A stretch of 64,000 nt of DNA from Lobosporangium transversale (taxonomy: Eukaryota), in NCBI RefSeq assembly GCF_002105155.1, contig NW_019029001.1, forward strand, positions 1 to 64,000, given 5' to 3'. A program made the translations under genes and the position numbers. The notes under the pieces are model-generated. The model was not told the origin of the DNA, searched no databases, and worked only from the letters and a program-made list of their open reading frames with translations. How positions within the stretch are numbered: position 1 is the first letter of the stretch; each line of letters begins with the position of its first letter. This document shows, piece by piece, positions 10,186-23,502 of the stretch.

Positions 10186-11471
10186 ATGGACACATCCAAC
10201 GGCCTCCCAATTCAAGAGCAAGTAGACATTGCCGATGTCACAATCAACGATGTCCTTGCCGCCGATCAAATTGAAAAAATACTGATCAGCGGACTAGAAG
10301 AAATAGTGTTTCTAACGCGAATAATTTTTGAATCAATAGCGATCTGCTGAAATCTAACCAATATTATGTTACAGAGAGAAGCCTTAGGCCCGTCGAGCTC
10401 CAGGAAGGGAGAGGGATGATCAAGTTGGTCCTGCATATAATTTTGAGGTCAGTGCTATAATGCTATATTCAATAAAGTCTAGCCCGTTGCATAATAATAA
10501 AGTAATAACTCAACAGGATACCTATGCGTCAATTGTAGCCTTTAAAGACGCGTATTGAAAATGGTCTCAATAATATTGTTATTGATAAAATGAGAGGGGT
10601 TTTGTGTGATGATCCTGAGATTCTTTTATCTGCAAAGCACTATAAAATTGAACCTGAATCTCGGTTCAAAGTTTTGAACACCTCGAGAGTAGAATTCTAC
10701 ATTCAACCTGAGCGTTTCGATGCTTGGCTCCTGAAGCATCAAAGGCCTATCTCCACCAACTTTGTGTTGGCAAAAAAATACGATTACAAAGTTGACAATC
10801 AGTATCGCCTTTCCTATGAATGCCAATGTGCTGGCAAGAAGCGCATAAGAAAAGATAGAGTTCAAGGAGGTGTCACTGGCAAGACTAGAAATCGTGCTCC
10901 AGGAATTAAACAAGGATGTGGAGCAAAAATCTTCGCTACGCGTGCGCGCGAACATATAGAGACTTGAAATTCGAGAGGGTTTGAAGGTCTTTTTATTTGG
11001 CAAACGGGAAGTGATACACTGCTGGTGGAGTCATTCACCACGAAGGGGGCTTCTTATGAGATCAAAGTTGACTTTTCAAGATCTCCCACTGGGCATATCA
11101 TGTCGTGCTCCTGTCACTATTTCTTCATGAACCACACTTGTTGTAAACATATCGCTTTGGCTCAGCTAGAATATCATCCAGTGACATTCTTTCGTGTTGA
11201 TCAATGGGAGCATGAGTCCAAGTTCCAGCCGGGGATGCTTGAGCCTCTTGAGGAGGAGCATTCTGCTAATCCAACTCCTGACGTTGACCATATTGCAATT
11301 TATATTCAACGTTTGACGCTCTTAGAAGAACTCAGGGATAAAAATGCTGACTTTCCACAAAGAAAGCAAATTGAAAGGGACCTGTAGGCTGTACTAGAGC
11401 GTTTCGAGGCAGTGTTTCCCCGGCGAGAGGGACAGGGACTTGAGAATAAGCGGCCAAGACAACGTTACTAG
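10186..11471 (+). pseudogene. Internally deleted MULE-type transposase (WRKY/FAR1-like finger joined to SWIM)
   Basis: YECQCAG...KQGCGAKI runs in frame into VESFT..YEI..CSCHYF....CCKHI. In-frame stops at 10965 and 11385; no DDE core. Confidence 0.7.
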
Positions 11472-13484
11472 ACGTAGATATGTCGTGTTTGTCGTTGAAT
11501 TAAAAAAAAAAAAAAAAAAAAAGCTTACACTTGTAGAATTTAAAAATAGAATAAGGTTTACCGCTCTATCCCTGTGTAAAAAAAAAGGCCCTGTCTTTAT
11601 CAAAGACGCTTAATACTATAGAACCAATATCATTTTAGCCCATGTCTGCTAATGATAATAAAGACACTTTCATGGGGCCCTGGAGGAGCTTTTCTCCAAT
11701 TCTGAAAGGCTAGGAATGGAACTGATGCTTATTTATGGGGTATTTTGTGTTTTATCAAAATTAATCCGTCTTTCAATCAGTATTTTTCAGTGTTAGAATA
11801 TACACTGCACTCTCATACATCGCTTTTTCCCATAGCTCGCGCTACTGATGGTAGCCACTGCCCATAACTATAATACGAGGTCTGGTTTTGTGAGATCCGG
11901 CTTGTATCCATCGAGTTTTATAAGCGTAAAGCTAAAAAAACATCATTTTTTGAAGACCTGTTGATATTTGGATATATGATGACTCTGTCTACCCATGGCA
12001 AACACTCAGAGAAACCCAACGGTCCTTAATCCATGTTTATAGCTCTATTTATTTAGAAAGTTTGAAGAGTTTTGGAAATCTTTTGCAGATTCTGTTCAAT
12101 TTCAAGTAAAAACTAGATAATAACCTATGTGATCTGTTGCCAAATCTTTGTCTAAACGCGTCTTCATTAAACATCCTCAGTACTAAAACTTATTAGTTTT
12201 TTACTCAAAGCATGAAATAGGCCACTAGAGATGTTTATTATTATATTCTACATCGTTTCTGAGGGCTTCAGGTGCTTTGAAGCAGTTCTGGTGAACTTCA
12301 CTACTGGGGGTATGGTTTTTCTAGATTACTTAGATTTTATTTTAGTAGAAATGGTGGGGGAAATAGTACTTTGATCTTTTATTGGTGAGGAAATTTTCAA
12401 GAAAATAAAATATTTTAGCTCTAAAGCGAGCTCTAAGCCGCATTTGTCCTGGACAAAAGGTAAGGACACTCGTCAACTATTATACAATCCCCTTCCACAG
12501 CTGCAAAGTATCCAAACTCACCATCCCTCTTCACAAAACCTGTCGTATAGAGTATCTGCTCTCTATGGTTCTTGAGAACGCGGGTATACGTATATGGAGT
12601 AACTCAGGCACTCTGGGAGCATTGTAGAGATGGATCCCGTAAATGCATATTAATATTAATTTCACCCTCGTCCCGAGTGCCCTTTTTTTTTATGAAGTGA
12701 TGCTAGACATTCATAAACAAAGATGCAGGTGATACTAACATAAGAGTTGATATACATAAATAAATATGCAAGTGCTAAATAAAGGTGCAAGTGATATATA
12801 CTAACACAAAAACTGACCCGCACAAAACCCATGGAAAGTGATATTAAATCTTCTTTCATGATACCATTTTTGTTATTTTGGTACGCGCAGTACTAGAATG
12901 CCATACTGGACACTTGATACTTAAATCAATACGATCTTTTTATATCTGTATGGATTCGGCAACATACCTCTAGCAAAAAAGGGTCCGGAGAGGTGTTTTG
13001 TTTTTCTTTAGGCAGGGTAAAAAATTAAAATGGTAAATGGTGCTAGATGCACTAAAAGAGTGGAAGCAAGTAAATGGTGGACATGGCGCATCGTGATGAT
13101 ATAGCTTGATATATGGTGTCTGCTGATCTTTTTCTACTGATTTTTTTCCTTCCTTAGTATGTAATAAGCGGTTGATTTCTGCAAGCAGGGAGCACAGAAA
13201 ACTGGATTTGATCTGCCTATGAGTTTGTGGGAAAAAATCAGTAAAAATTAATTAGTAAAAAATCATTTTCTATTGCGTGTTTAGCCAGGTTTTGGAAGAT
13301 ACTGCTAGGACATTTGTCGTTCACGCTGCTTTTGTCGTATCCATGGCGATTACCTGAAACCTGCATGGACTTATGTATTTGCTTTGTAGTACTCTCTAGA
13401 ATATGATAAGATGATAGTCCCGCTTCCAACAGGCATCGTAAAGCTTTCCTTTTTTATTTTATTTATATTTTTTTAGTAGGGCTC

Positions 13485-15833
13485 CTAATCTTCGTCCTCA
13501 TTGTCAAGATCATTGTCCTCGTTGTCAAGATCATTGTCCTCGTTGTCAAGATCATTATCCTCATTGTCAAGGTTATCATCCTCAAGCTCGGTTATTGCCT
13601 CCTGTAGTTTCTGCTCGAAGCGGCGATTGTCTGGCTTAATTACACCGACTATTGATCTTTTAGCTCTTGGTTTTGTAGGTGTGTGGAATATGACGTCGCT
13701 CCAGTCGATAAGCTCAACCTCATCACCCACCACCGCCTCTCCTTTTCCTTCTCCTTCATCTTCCCCTTCTTCTTCCTGTCCAATTGTCTTCTGAGTATAA
13801 TTGAAGAGATCAATCTTCTCTTTTGCATCCACTGCATAGTTGTGATAGTACTCCTATGTGCAGTATATCGGATTTTAGCCTCAGGTAAGAATGTATACTA
13901 TTCAATACGCTTTGATAACCACATAATTAGTTCTTACAAGTAGATTCTTCAGACGGAAGGCAGTGTTTTCGATGAAGAGGTTCCAGGTTGCTTCCATTGT
14001 TGGCAGTACAATGGGGTCACATGCTGGCGCTGCAACAAACACTCCTTTCCATGGTACCACTCGAAAAACATCAGCCTGGAGACCTACATCCATGTATGAA
14101 AGCGATCCCATGTTAGATATTATGTATTTACTCTTCTGGCGAACGTGCGCTATATTTACGGTATATTTACCATGGAGAGAGAGCTGGGGAGGACTATCAA
14201 GGCCAAATCTACTCAACTCAAGCATAACAGACCGCGCAATCTTGATGTTCTTTCGCAGCTGAATTTTAACCGCATCAGGTGGAGTCGATGCCCTTTTTGT
14301 TTCAGCGTTCCCAAACTGAACTTTTCCAATCGAGAGAGTACAGTCACACTTGCGCGCACTACAACCTGTATTTAAAGCACATGCCAACTTACTCTTTGAC
14401 ACACGAGTATCAAGACTTGCCTGATCACCGCTATTGGAAGAATAGAGCAGTGTACATCCACAGAAGTCAGAAATAAAGCAAGAAATCACAGAATTCCTAT
14501 CCTGGTAAATTACTATAACTTACAGACAGAATGTAAATGGCGTCCCCTTTGGCCTCCCATCTTTGAGAATGGAGCCCCAGATCAACAATGCATCTGCCTC
14601 TGAGGGCCTATTATCGCCATGGTGTGGGTTGAGGATGTTCTCAATGCTAATATTTAAAATGAGATAACATTAGTGTCTTAGAGATACAGTAATTCTTCTA
14701 GAGAATATTTTATTAAATCAGGTGCAACCCACATGTTCCTTAGCACAAGTAGGAAGAGCCTGAATTTGGGCTTAGAACTGAGGAATGAGTATATATCCTC
14801 CAGGACTGAGATCAATTTCTTTGTTTTTGTAGTCTTTAGAGAGTTCAGCAACTTCGTAAGCTCCTTGTCCCTGTGCTCCAACTCTGGTATCAAACAAAGA
14901 CTTTTGGCATCCACACGATCAGCATAGGTCAATGCTTTTCTTGCTATTGGCGAGTACAAATTGAAGACTCCAGACAATGCAACGAAAGCATCACGGAAAT
15001 GAAGGCGTGCTTCCTTGTCTTTATTTTGTTGTTCCAAGGCTTTTTTGGCATCTCTAAGATGCCGCCATGCCAATCCATATAGTTTTTGGCGTTCATGATC
15101 CTTCTCAGTGTCCTTGGCTTCCTCTGAGGGAAGATCGACGGCATGACCTTTGTACTAAAGAATACAATAAGATAGCATTAATACATCCAAATAGCCATAT
15201 ACAGTAATAACTCTGTAGGTGTGCTCAAGAATAACTTACCAGATGAAGGGCGGCATCTGCCAAGTCATGCCAAGGGTCTTGGAGTCTTATTCTCTTCATT
15301 GGAGCAGCTCTCATCGTTGTATTCATCGTCCTCTTCGTATGGTCCTTGCCTGTAGACTTAGTGCTTGGAGTAAGATGCGATGTGTCGAATACTTGATGAG
15401 GTGTGTTGGGGACATGTATTACATCGGAGGGTACAGACAAGCACTGTCTCTGTTCATTGGCGTTTTCGATAATAATGTTCTCCACGAACGGCTCAGAGCC
15501 TCTGATCATGTTGCCTGCTGTTTTCCATGCAAATTTGTTCGCAATCGCCTTTGTATTCCTACGCTCCCAGTAGATGGGGCTTTCTGAATTCTTCCATACT
15601 TCAAAGTTGCTGATCAAGAACATTCTCTCCTGCTCGCATATCTCAGAACGGCGGATAGCTGTGGCATATCTACGGTGGCCTTCCTCACAGCTGAAGATAC
15701 CAAACTTGTCAAAAAATGCTGTAGGGGATTTGTCACTGCTCCCTTCCATCCAAGATATATCCTGTTCCGTAACTGCCTTCATTCTATTACCTCCGTCATT
15801 TCTCTCGCCTCTGATATGGTTTGTGGTGTCCAT
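13485..15833 (-). CDS. 637-aa protein with a probable PD-(D/E)xK nuclease-like domain; exons 15833-15240, 15154-14733, 14646-14524, 14430-14171, 14083-13938, 13853-13485
   Basis: Five GT..AG introns give a stop-free 1914-nt CDS. Motifs SEAD...W..IL, GDQAS, RKCD, ETK, KN.K; acidic tail. Confidence 0.7.
13490..13581. repeat. 21-bp coding tandem repeat, ~4 copies (DLDNEDN)
   Basis: TTGTCAAGATCATTGTCCTCG repeated. Confidence 0.9.
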
Positions 15834-16056
15834 AATGGGCTACTTTTTAGGATATCAGAAAAAAAAAAAAGAGTAGAATTAAGGGTGTTAGACATGTGAA
15901 ACAATTAGAAGCACAGCTTCCGTTGTTATTTATTCACATCTGGACTGTTGCACAAGATGTATGTCAAATGATGATGAACAATAAAGGAAGGGCTCATGAA
16001 ATTGGAACAAAACAGGTGTTAATGTTGGCTCGCAAAGGTTCACAAAGTTGAGCGTC

Positions 16057-16380
16057 AACAAGCACGCGGGCCACACGAGAGCTATCAGATCTTGACATAC
16101 ATCCTGCTCACAGTCAAGGAAGGTCAAAACAAGACAACACATTCTGTGGGGGGCGCGGTTTAAACGGGCACTCCACAGCAAAACGCCATGGAATGGGGGC
16201 GCGTTGCACGTCTCAGTCTGCGGATGTAACAAGCACGCGGGCCACACGAGAGCTATCAGATCTTGACATACATCCTGCTCACAGTCAAGGAAGGTCAAAA
16301 CAAGACAACACATTCTGTGGGGGGCGCGGTTTAAACGGGCACTCCACAGCAAAACGCCATGGAATGGGAGCGCGTTTGCA
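16057..16380. repeat. Direct duplication, period 171 bp, ~150 bp near-identical
   Basis: AACAAGCACGCGGGCCACACG...CCATGGAATGGG starts at 16057 and again at 16228. Confidence 0.95.
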
Positions 16381-16794
16381 TCCTTATCCCCTTTGTTCGC
16401 GATGATAAATATTTGGAGTTATCAGATACTGAGATAAGGAGAGAGGCGAGTAAACACAGGGTATCGATGGTGCAGAGAGAATGAATCATAAAAAAAAGAA
16501 AGTGAGTGATAAGATGGGTGCAGAGAGACGGGGAGTATGAGAGGGAAAAAAGCACAGCTTATAAAATGAATGAAAATGAAATAAAAAAAGAGTGGAGGGA
16601 GAGGTGGCAGCGAGAAATAGAGCTCACGTGTTATAAATCAAGCAAGCCCTAATTAATTAATTAATTAAATTATAGTTACTTAAATTGATGTATTTTTGGT
16701 TCAAATGAGGCGTTTTTGGGAAGAGGAAAAAGGGAGAGAAGCGTATTATGCAAAAGTATTTTAAATGTATCAAGTAAATATTAATAGACGAATA

Positions 16795-16893
16795 GATGAT
16801 TGTGTTGATGGAGGGAGTTGAATATGCTAATGATTGTGCTGATGGAGTTGAATATGCTAATGATTGTGTTGGAGCTGAATATGCTGATGATTG
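16795..16893. repeat. Degenerate ~25-32 bp minisatellite, ~3 copies
   Basis: ATGATTGTG(T/C)TG(ATG)GAG(T/C)TGAATATGCT repeated. Confidence 0.8.
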
Positions 16894-17265
16894 AGAATTT
16901 AAATTTTTAGCTGAGTGGCTTTTGTCCCCATAGCCTGAGGACGAAGTTCAAGTGCACAAATTAAGGCAATTAATTCTTTTCTTTTCTTCTCCTTCACCAG
17001 TACCTGCTGCCTTTCTTCTCTGCATCGGCAGTCGTTCTCTAGTGCATGTTCTGTAAATCAATCATGTTTGTAAGATGAAACTCTCTTATGATCATTATTG
17101 CGCCTGCCCCTTGTAGCCACGTAATGGTATCAAAATAGAGGACTGATGTACTTTTCTTTTCGATGGTGGTAGTATGCGCTCTTCTACTGTAGTCTCAATG
17201 GTAAAAATATTTCTGAACCAAGACTACAAAAGTACTCTGTTGTTATTGCCACCTGCTAATGGCGC

Positions 17266-18600
17266 ATGTCAATACATGACGGGTATGGATCACGCATTCG
17301 CGCCCATCACATCTCTATTTTTTATCGACTGGAGCATGAACGAATGGCTTTATTAACTCTTCACTATTTCACTGATATGCTTAGGTTTCTAAATACGAGC
17401 AACGCGCTAGGCAATCTCGGCACTGTAGCCACCAACGTCAATGTGCACAGATTTTTCCAAAATGTGGATGGAAGAAACTGGCATTGCATAGCTTCCTATT
17501 GCAAGTTCAAAGATGTCAATAACACCGCATGGGATCATATGGAGATATACGAAGAAAGTTTAAAGACGATTTTAGATCACCATGCCGTGTCTTCTATACT
17601 CAAGATACGCGCAAAGCAACTTCTAAACAAATTTGAGCCAGAGACCTTTGCGTTTGAGCTTGCCAAGACCATAAGAGATGCCGCGAAGATACATGCAGAA
17701 ACAAGTGCCCAGACATTTCACCTCAACATTCTTGAAGGAGTTTGACGTCTGGCAAGCAAAGGTACAATATTCATAGGTAGAATTTCATTTCGTAAGTTGA
17801 AAATCAGCAATATCCTCAGGCATCATTTTGTGTGATTCTTCAACTAATATCTTATGCTTATATATACCTTTACTACCCTTAGAACACCAAAAAACATCTG
17901 CTAAGCGTAAACGTGGAGACGATCGATCTAATAGTGCCCTTCAAATATCAAAACAAAAAATGTGACATTTCGACTATTGCGTTCGCCTAAAAATGGCAAA
18001 TGGCGAATTTTTGTTTTGAAATTTGTAGGGCGCTAATGATGTCAGACAACGGCAGATAACAAAAGCTGAAGGCGACAGCGACCATTATTATAAAGAATCG
18101 CGACAGAAAACCGCTCAACGCCATTCCAATGTCTCTGGAAACTTATCCAATCCCAGGGTGTATGAAAGATTTCCACTTGTTAAGGAAAAGCTGACCTTTT
18201 TGACCCTGCACAATTCTAATATATCCATTTTTGATACTGGCTCTGTTTCTTCTTTAGTGATATTGATCTGCCTAGAATTTCGCCTTCTAAGCTACTTGGA
18301 GATAACGATGTTGAAGAGGGAGAAAATCAGTTAGATCACGAAAATGCAATACTAGAGACCTCCTCTTACAAGTCTTTTACCTTTGGTGCGACATCCAAAA
18401 CAGTAGAGGATACTATGGCCAATTTATCAGACAGTGAGGACGTGATACCAACGACCCCTCCTTACCAATCTTGCAGTCTTGCCTCAAGCTTGGAATCGAT
18501 AACATCAACACCCATGGCGGTGCAACAAGTCCTGGTTGGGATAGTTAAAAAAATAAATAAAAAGCTTGGGCATCCAGCATCCAATTCAAGTCAAATGTAA
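17266..18600 (+). pseudogene. Decayed multi-exon gene of unknown family
   Basis: 159-aa protein-like ORF, splice-like sites, then short broken ORFs; no motif recognised. Confidence 0.35.
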
Positions 18601-19265
18601 CATAAATATCCATTGGGCGGTTAATGGCAACGTAAGTGTTTGATGATTTATGAAAGGCGCTAATGATACCCTTCAGGTTTGAGCAACTTGATCTAGAAAT
18701 CATTTGTTTCATTCTGTCCCAAGAATACGGAGTTTTGCTGGATTATGGTGGGCTTTGATCTCACGATAATACAAAATCCCTTGCTAAAAGTTCCACTCGA
18801 TATAATAGGGGCGCTATGTATTCAACGATGGTTTGCTCCGTCATGGTTCACTTATCAGGCGGAAAAACTCCATCGAAGTTCATGCTGTTCTTGTTGTTTA
18901 AAAAATTGAAAGTGATGGTCAATTCTGATGGCCAAAAGAATGAATTGGCTTATTTATTAAGTGCAGACAGTCCTAGAGTCAGTCGGAGCCAGGCTCGAAG
19001 TCAGATGCGATCTGAACTAATATGTCTTCATGGTGAAGCTGTGCTAGGAAGAACACTTAAAATTTCGAGGACTGATGTTGTGAAGGTCATCATTACATCT
19101 GTGTTAATTTACCGATAAATAATAAAGTGGTTAGAAGTACAATGCACCTGAAAGGTATAATCAAAGAGGTAAGAATGGAATAATGAAGAATGAAACGAGA
19201 GAGAAAATTGGCAGAGAAATCGGGGAGTTGAGCAAAGTTGCGACGTTATGAAAGAGAAAGATAGG

Positions 19266-19298
<33 letters not shown>

Positions 19299-20248
19299 AG
19301 CCATCGATAATATTAATGGTAAATGTAAGGAGTGATGGAGGAAAAGGTGGAAATGCAGTAAAGAATAAGGCTTGAGAATGAAGGACAAAGATGATTCTTT
19401 GAATCTTTTGTAGCAAGAATCCTTCAGGGTCATGAGAGTCAATAGATCAATGAAAGATACGTCTAGTGACCAGGTGATGTTTAGAGGCATATGATTGATG
19501 ATTGATTTTGACCACCTGGCGCCTGTGTCAAGGAGTGGGGTCCATCATCGGTACTGCATTCCTACATCTTGAGGCAGATTGTGAAATCTTTCTGCATGCC
19601 AAGGAGAACTGGGCCGTTAAAAAGCTAAAGAGGATAATGTTATTTTGTAAAGAACGGGAAGATGCAAAGGCTACATTATGAATTTACAGTTTGCACATGG
19701 ATAGTGATTAAAAAAGAAATGAGTGGGGGAGAACGTTGGCTGTTTAACACCCACAGAAATAAACGGTGGGGTGATAAAAGGCAACGATTCTTCTAAAGAG
19801 GATTGTTTAGTTGTAATAGGAAAGGTATCATTGACAGATCCTTTCTTCAGTCAAATGTTGGTTTTGTTGTTATTGTCTTTTACTTTTTCTCTGCGTAAAC
19901 TTCGCCCAAAAAGAATCTACATGTACATCATATGCAGATCCAAGAGTGTTCATCATTGCTTGGTCATGTCTCGTAGTCATCATTCAACATTCCGGCCAAA
20001 GTAAATATTTTCACGCTAAGGAAAACTGTTGCGGCACAACTCCTCGTCACCCCATAATTAATACCCCCATCGTCTTTGTAGGTTGACCAACATATCCTCA
20101 TATCCAAATTAAAAAACCGAAGGTAAGGAAAAAAAAAAAAGCAGTAGTATAAATATACATCTCAATTTTATACATTCACATGGTAGAGTATGCCACAAAG
20201 AAGATGAAAAAAGAGATTCACCTCGGCTTTGTATTTTTAATTGACAGC

Positions 20249-20281
<33 letters not shown>

Positions 20282-20568
20282 CCCGTTATTTACACATCAA
20301 ATGCTAGAAAAGATATAAAAAGGGTTCCATTTCACCGTCAGCCATGCTTTACTCATCTGACAATTTGCATCTTGTTCATCATTCATTCTTTTCTCCATCT
20401 TTTTCATCAGATCAAAAATGTACTTTTACCATTAACAGCTTAATTCCTAGAAAAAAAAGAACACAGATATATTTTCTAAAAAAACATTGTGCTCCACCTC
20501 CTTTTTCTCCTTTTTCAATTTGACCAACTTGATTCGTCAGTGCACACCGATCTACATATCTAACTTCG

Positions 20569-23079
20569 ATGATTGTGGATCATCTTCTTACCAGGAGCGC
20601 TGTCCGATCCATTGGGTTGTTACTCGCTGCTATAGTACCTCTCGCCACTGGTTACTTTCTCTATGTGCTTGCCTATAAGGAAACGCCTGTCGATACTCTT
20701 GTTCACAATGTCCCCGTCTTCTTTCGGATCCTACAATCCAACACTTCCACTATAGCTGAATTACCCACTATTGCCTCCAACGTATTATCGCAATCATCCT
20801 CACCCTCATCATTGACAGCAGCAGCAGCAGCCACATCTATGGCCGCTAGCTCCCGATCTTTTGGTGTTGTATCTGCGTCAGCAGCATGTTCAGATAGTCC
20901 CAATAGTGAAATCTTGGCTATTTTGTCAGAAGCCGACAAAGTGCATCTATCGCCTGCCACCATCAATACATTGTTAGCACTGGCATCGTTTTTGGAGAGC
21001 CACGGATGGTGGCATCATGCTCTGACTAACGTTCCAGGTTATCACTATACTATCAATGCTCTGGGACCCCTCCGAGCTCGTGTAGAACCTCTCCTGCAAC
21101 ATCCCATTGTTGCATCCTACATAGCATCACATCAGGCGCTTGCATGGGTAGTTTCATTGTTTCATATCTGGCTGGCAACCGAAATTCTGTTCTACATTCA
21201 TTTCTGGACAAGACTAGCACAGGCCCAGGAGATAGATCGATATGGGAAGGGGCCCAAGACTCGACGAGAACGCAAGGAATTATTTCAGAGATGTCTCGAG
21301 ACCATCGCTGAAGGGGATGGAGCCAAGACATGGGTTGAGACCTGGTTTGATACTGGCCGAACAGCCCGACCTGCCAAGTTTGAAGAGATCGGACGATCCA
21401 ATATGATGCAATGGTAATTTCTTTTCTCTTCTTTTTTTTTCTTTCTTTTTTTTTTTTTTTTTTTTTTTTTTCCTATATTTTCATGTATTTCTGCAGTTTC
21501 TCTATCGCTTTTGGTTCTTCACATACTCTGAGGAAAAATGAAAGAGAGGTGGGGTTGGGTTTCAACATGTGCTTTTCATCATGCATAAACACGGCAAAGA
21601 TGAGATGAGATGAGATGAAAAAAAGGGGGTTCACTTTTTTTTTTTTTAAACAACCCAGGAAATTGGTATCTGTCCGAGAAGTATAAGGATATATATTTAC
21701 TCTATTTTATTTTTGGCTTTATTTTTAGGCTTGCATGGGCATATTGGGCAGCACCAATTGAAGAGGTCTTCAATTCTCCTACAGACATAATGGATCTGAA
21801 TGAAATGGTCGATAGTCTCGAGAGCTCCAAGGGCATCAAGTTCTCTGACGGTCATAACCCGGAAGTAGAATGCATCCGTCTCGCATTCGATCCAGTCGTT
21901 GCTTCACACCGCCCGCTTATTTATTATGCCGTAAGTGAAGTCGTACAACAGCATCATTGCGTACATAAGCAAAACACAAAAAAAAAAAACCCCCCGCTTG
22001 TAATCCCGCTTGTAAACAGACAATCGGACGGTTTTCTTTGTTGACATGATACCAACTTTTTTTTACTGTGTCATGTACGGTGACATGGAGCGAATGACAT
22101 AGTTTTTAACATACATATTCCACTGTTTCAAAATAGTTGGTCTGGACTGCGAATGCCATCGCTAGCCTTGTCTTCTATCTATTAGGATTTATTCGCTTTG
22201 AAGGCACGTCGTATCGTGCACATCTATTTAAAAATAGTTTCGATAAAGTAGCTGGTAACAAGGATAATATGAATATCAATCCTGCGACTGATCTTACTTA
22301 CTGGCATCGATCGCCAGCAGATCCCAAGAACAAGATCCCTTTGGTTTTTATTCATGGCATCGGCATCGGTCTAGCGCAATATATTCACTGGGTGATTGCT
22401 CTCTCCACAATTTCGCGTCCAGTGATCCTAATTGAGGTTCCCTATGTCTCTAACAAATTATTCAGAAGCGAGTGCATGACACCAGATGAAACCTATTTTG
22501 CAATTGCAAGGATCTTGAAGACTCATGAATACCCCAAGGCCACGTTCATGGGCCATTCTCTTGGAACCATGCTCTGTGCTGCAGTCATGCGTGCTAGTCC
22601 TGCGAATTCTTCTAAATCCATTGTGCATGGCTTGGTTCTGGCGGACCCCATCTGCTTTTTGACACATCATTCGATTGCCCGTAATTTTGCTTACCGGATT
22701 CCATCGACCGCAGCTGAATTGATCATGGATCTGTTTGCAGCTCGGGAAATAGGTACATCTTGGTATATCATGCGTCGGTTCTGTTGGGATCAGTGTATTA
22801 TATTCCCTGTGCTCTGGAGGCGCAGAGCAAGCATCAAATGTGGACGTGAGACAGTATTGTCGTTACAAGGAAGATACTCGCCCGTTTTGCCAAAAATGAC
22901 TCGGGTTTTCTTGTCGAGAAAGGACAATCTGCTAAACATGGATATGATTGCAGAGTATCTGAGGAAAAGTGTCGGATTGAGAGAAGACAAGCAAGAGCTT
23001 CATATAATGGAGGATATGGATCACGCGCAGTTCTTGCTTCGACCAACATGGTTCTTTAAGGTTCTTAAGGCAGCACAAG

Positions 23080-23087
<8 letters not shown>
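20569..23087 (+). CDS. Membrane-associated alpha/beta hydrolase; exons 20569-21413, 21729-21930, 22137-23087
   Basis: FIHGIG oxyanion motif, GHSLG nucleophile elbow, DP, C-terminal DHAQF; phase-consistent GT..AG introns. Confidence 0.88.
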
Positions 23088-23116
<29 letters not shown>

Positions 23117-23502
23117 TTACACGTTTCTGTTTTCATAGTCTTATTTATTTAGAACAATGTATATAGAATAGCAAAACTTGTATAGCTTATAATGATATAA
23201 ATAAATCAAGCAATATTCACTTTCATCCCTTTTTCTTGATCGACCCTTTTTCTTTTTTTACAGATTCATAATGATCGAACAACAAACGTGGGAAGTATTT
23301 TTAGTCAGGGTCCAGATACAAATGTATTACAATCATGTTAGTGTAAATATTATATATAATTGCATTATCTTTCCAAGACACGTTTTTATTAGGAAATTAG
23401 ATAGGTGTCTCGAGCCAATAAATAAGTGATAGAATAGTAATATAAATGTACACTCAGATAGACTATTAAAAGTAATGAGGTATTAAGAGGTGTGTACTCC
23501 TT

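Noticed and set aside
12880..12897. GTACGCGCAGTACTAG as a Helitron 3' end
   Set aside because: Hairpin too short and abutting CTAG; no Rep/helicase or 5' end found.
15930..16352. 140-aa minus-strand ORF with a repeated Cys-rich peptide
   Set aside because: By-product of the 171-bp (multiple of 3) duplication; non-ATG start and no family motif.
16795..16893. Short repeats as a possible CRISPR-like array
   Set aside because: Head-to-tail degenerate units without unique spacers; eukaryotic context; no cas genes.
12451..16927. GGACAAAAG / CTTTTGTCC as TIRs around the nuclease-like gene
   Set aside because: Only 9 bp match and no TSD; expected by chance.
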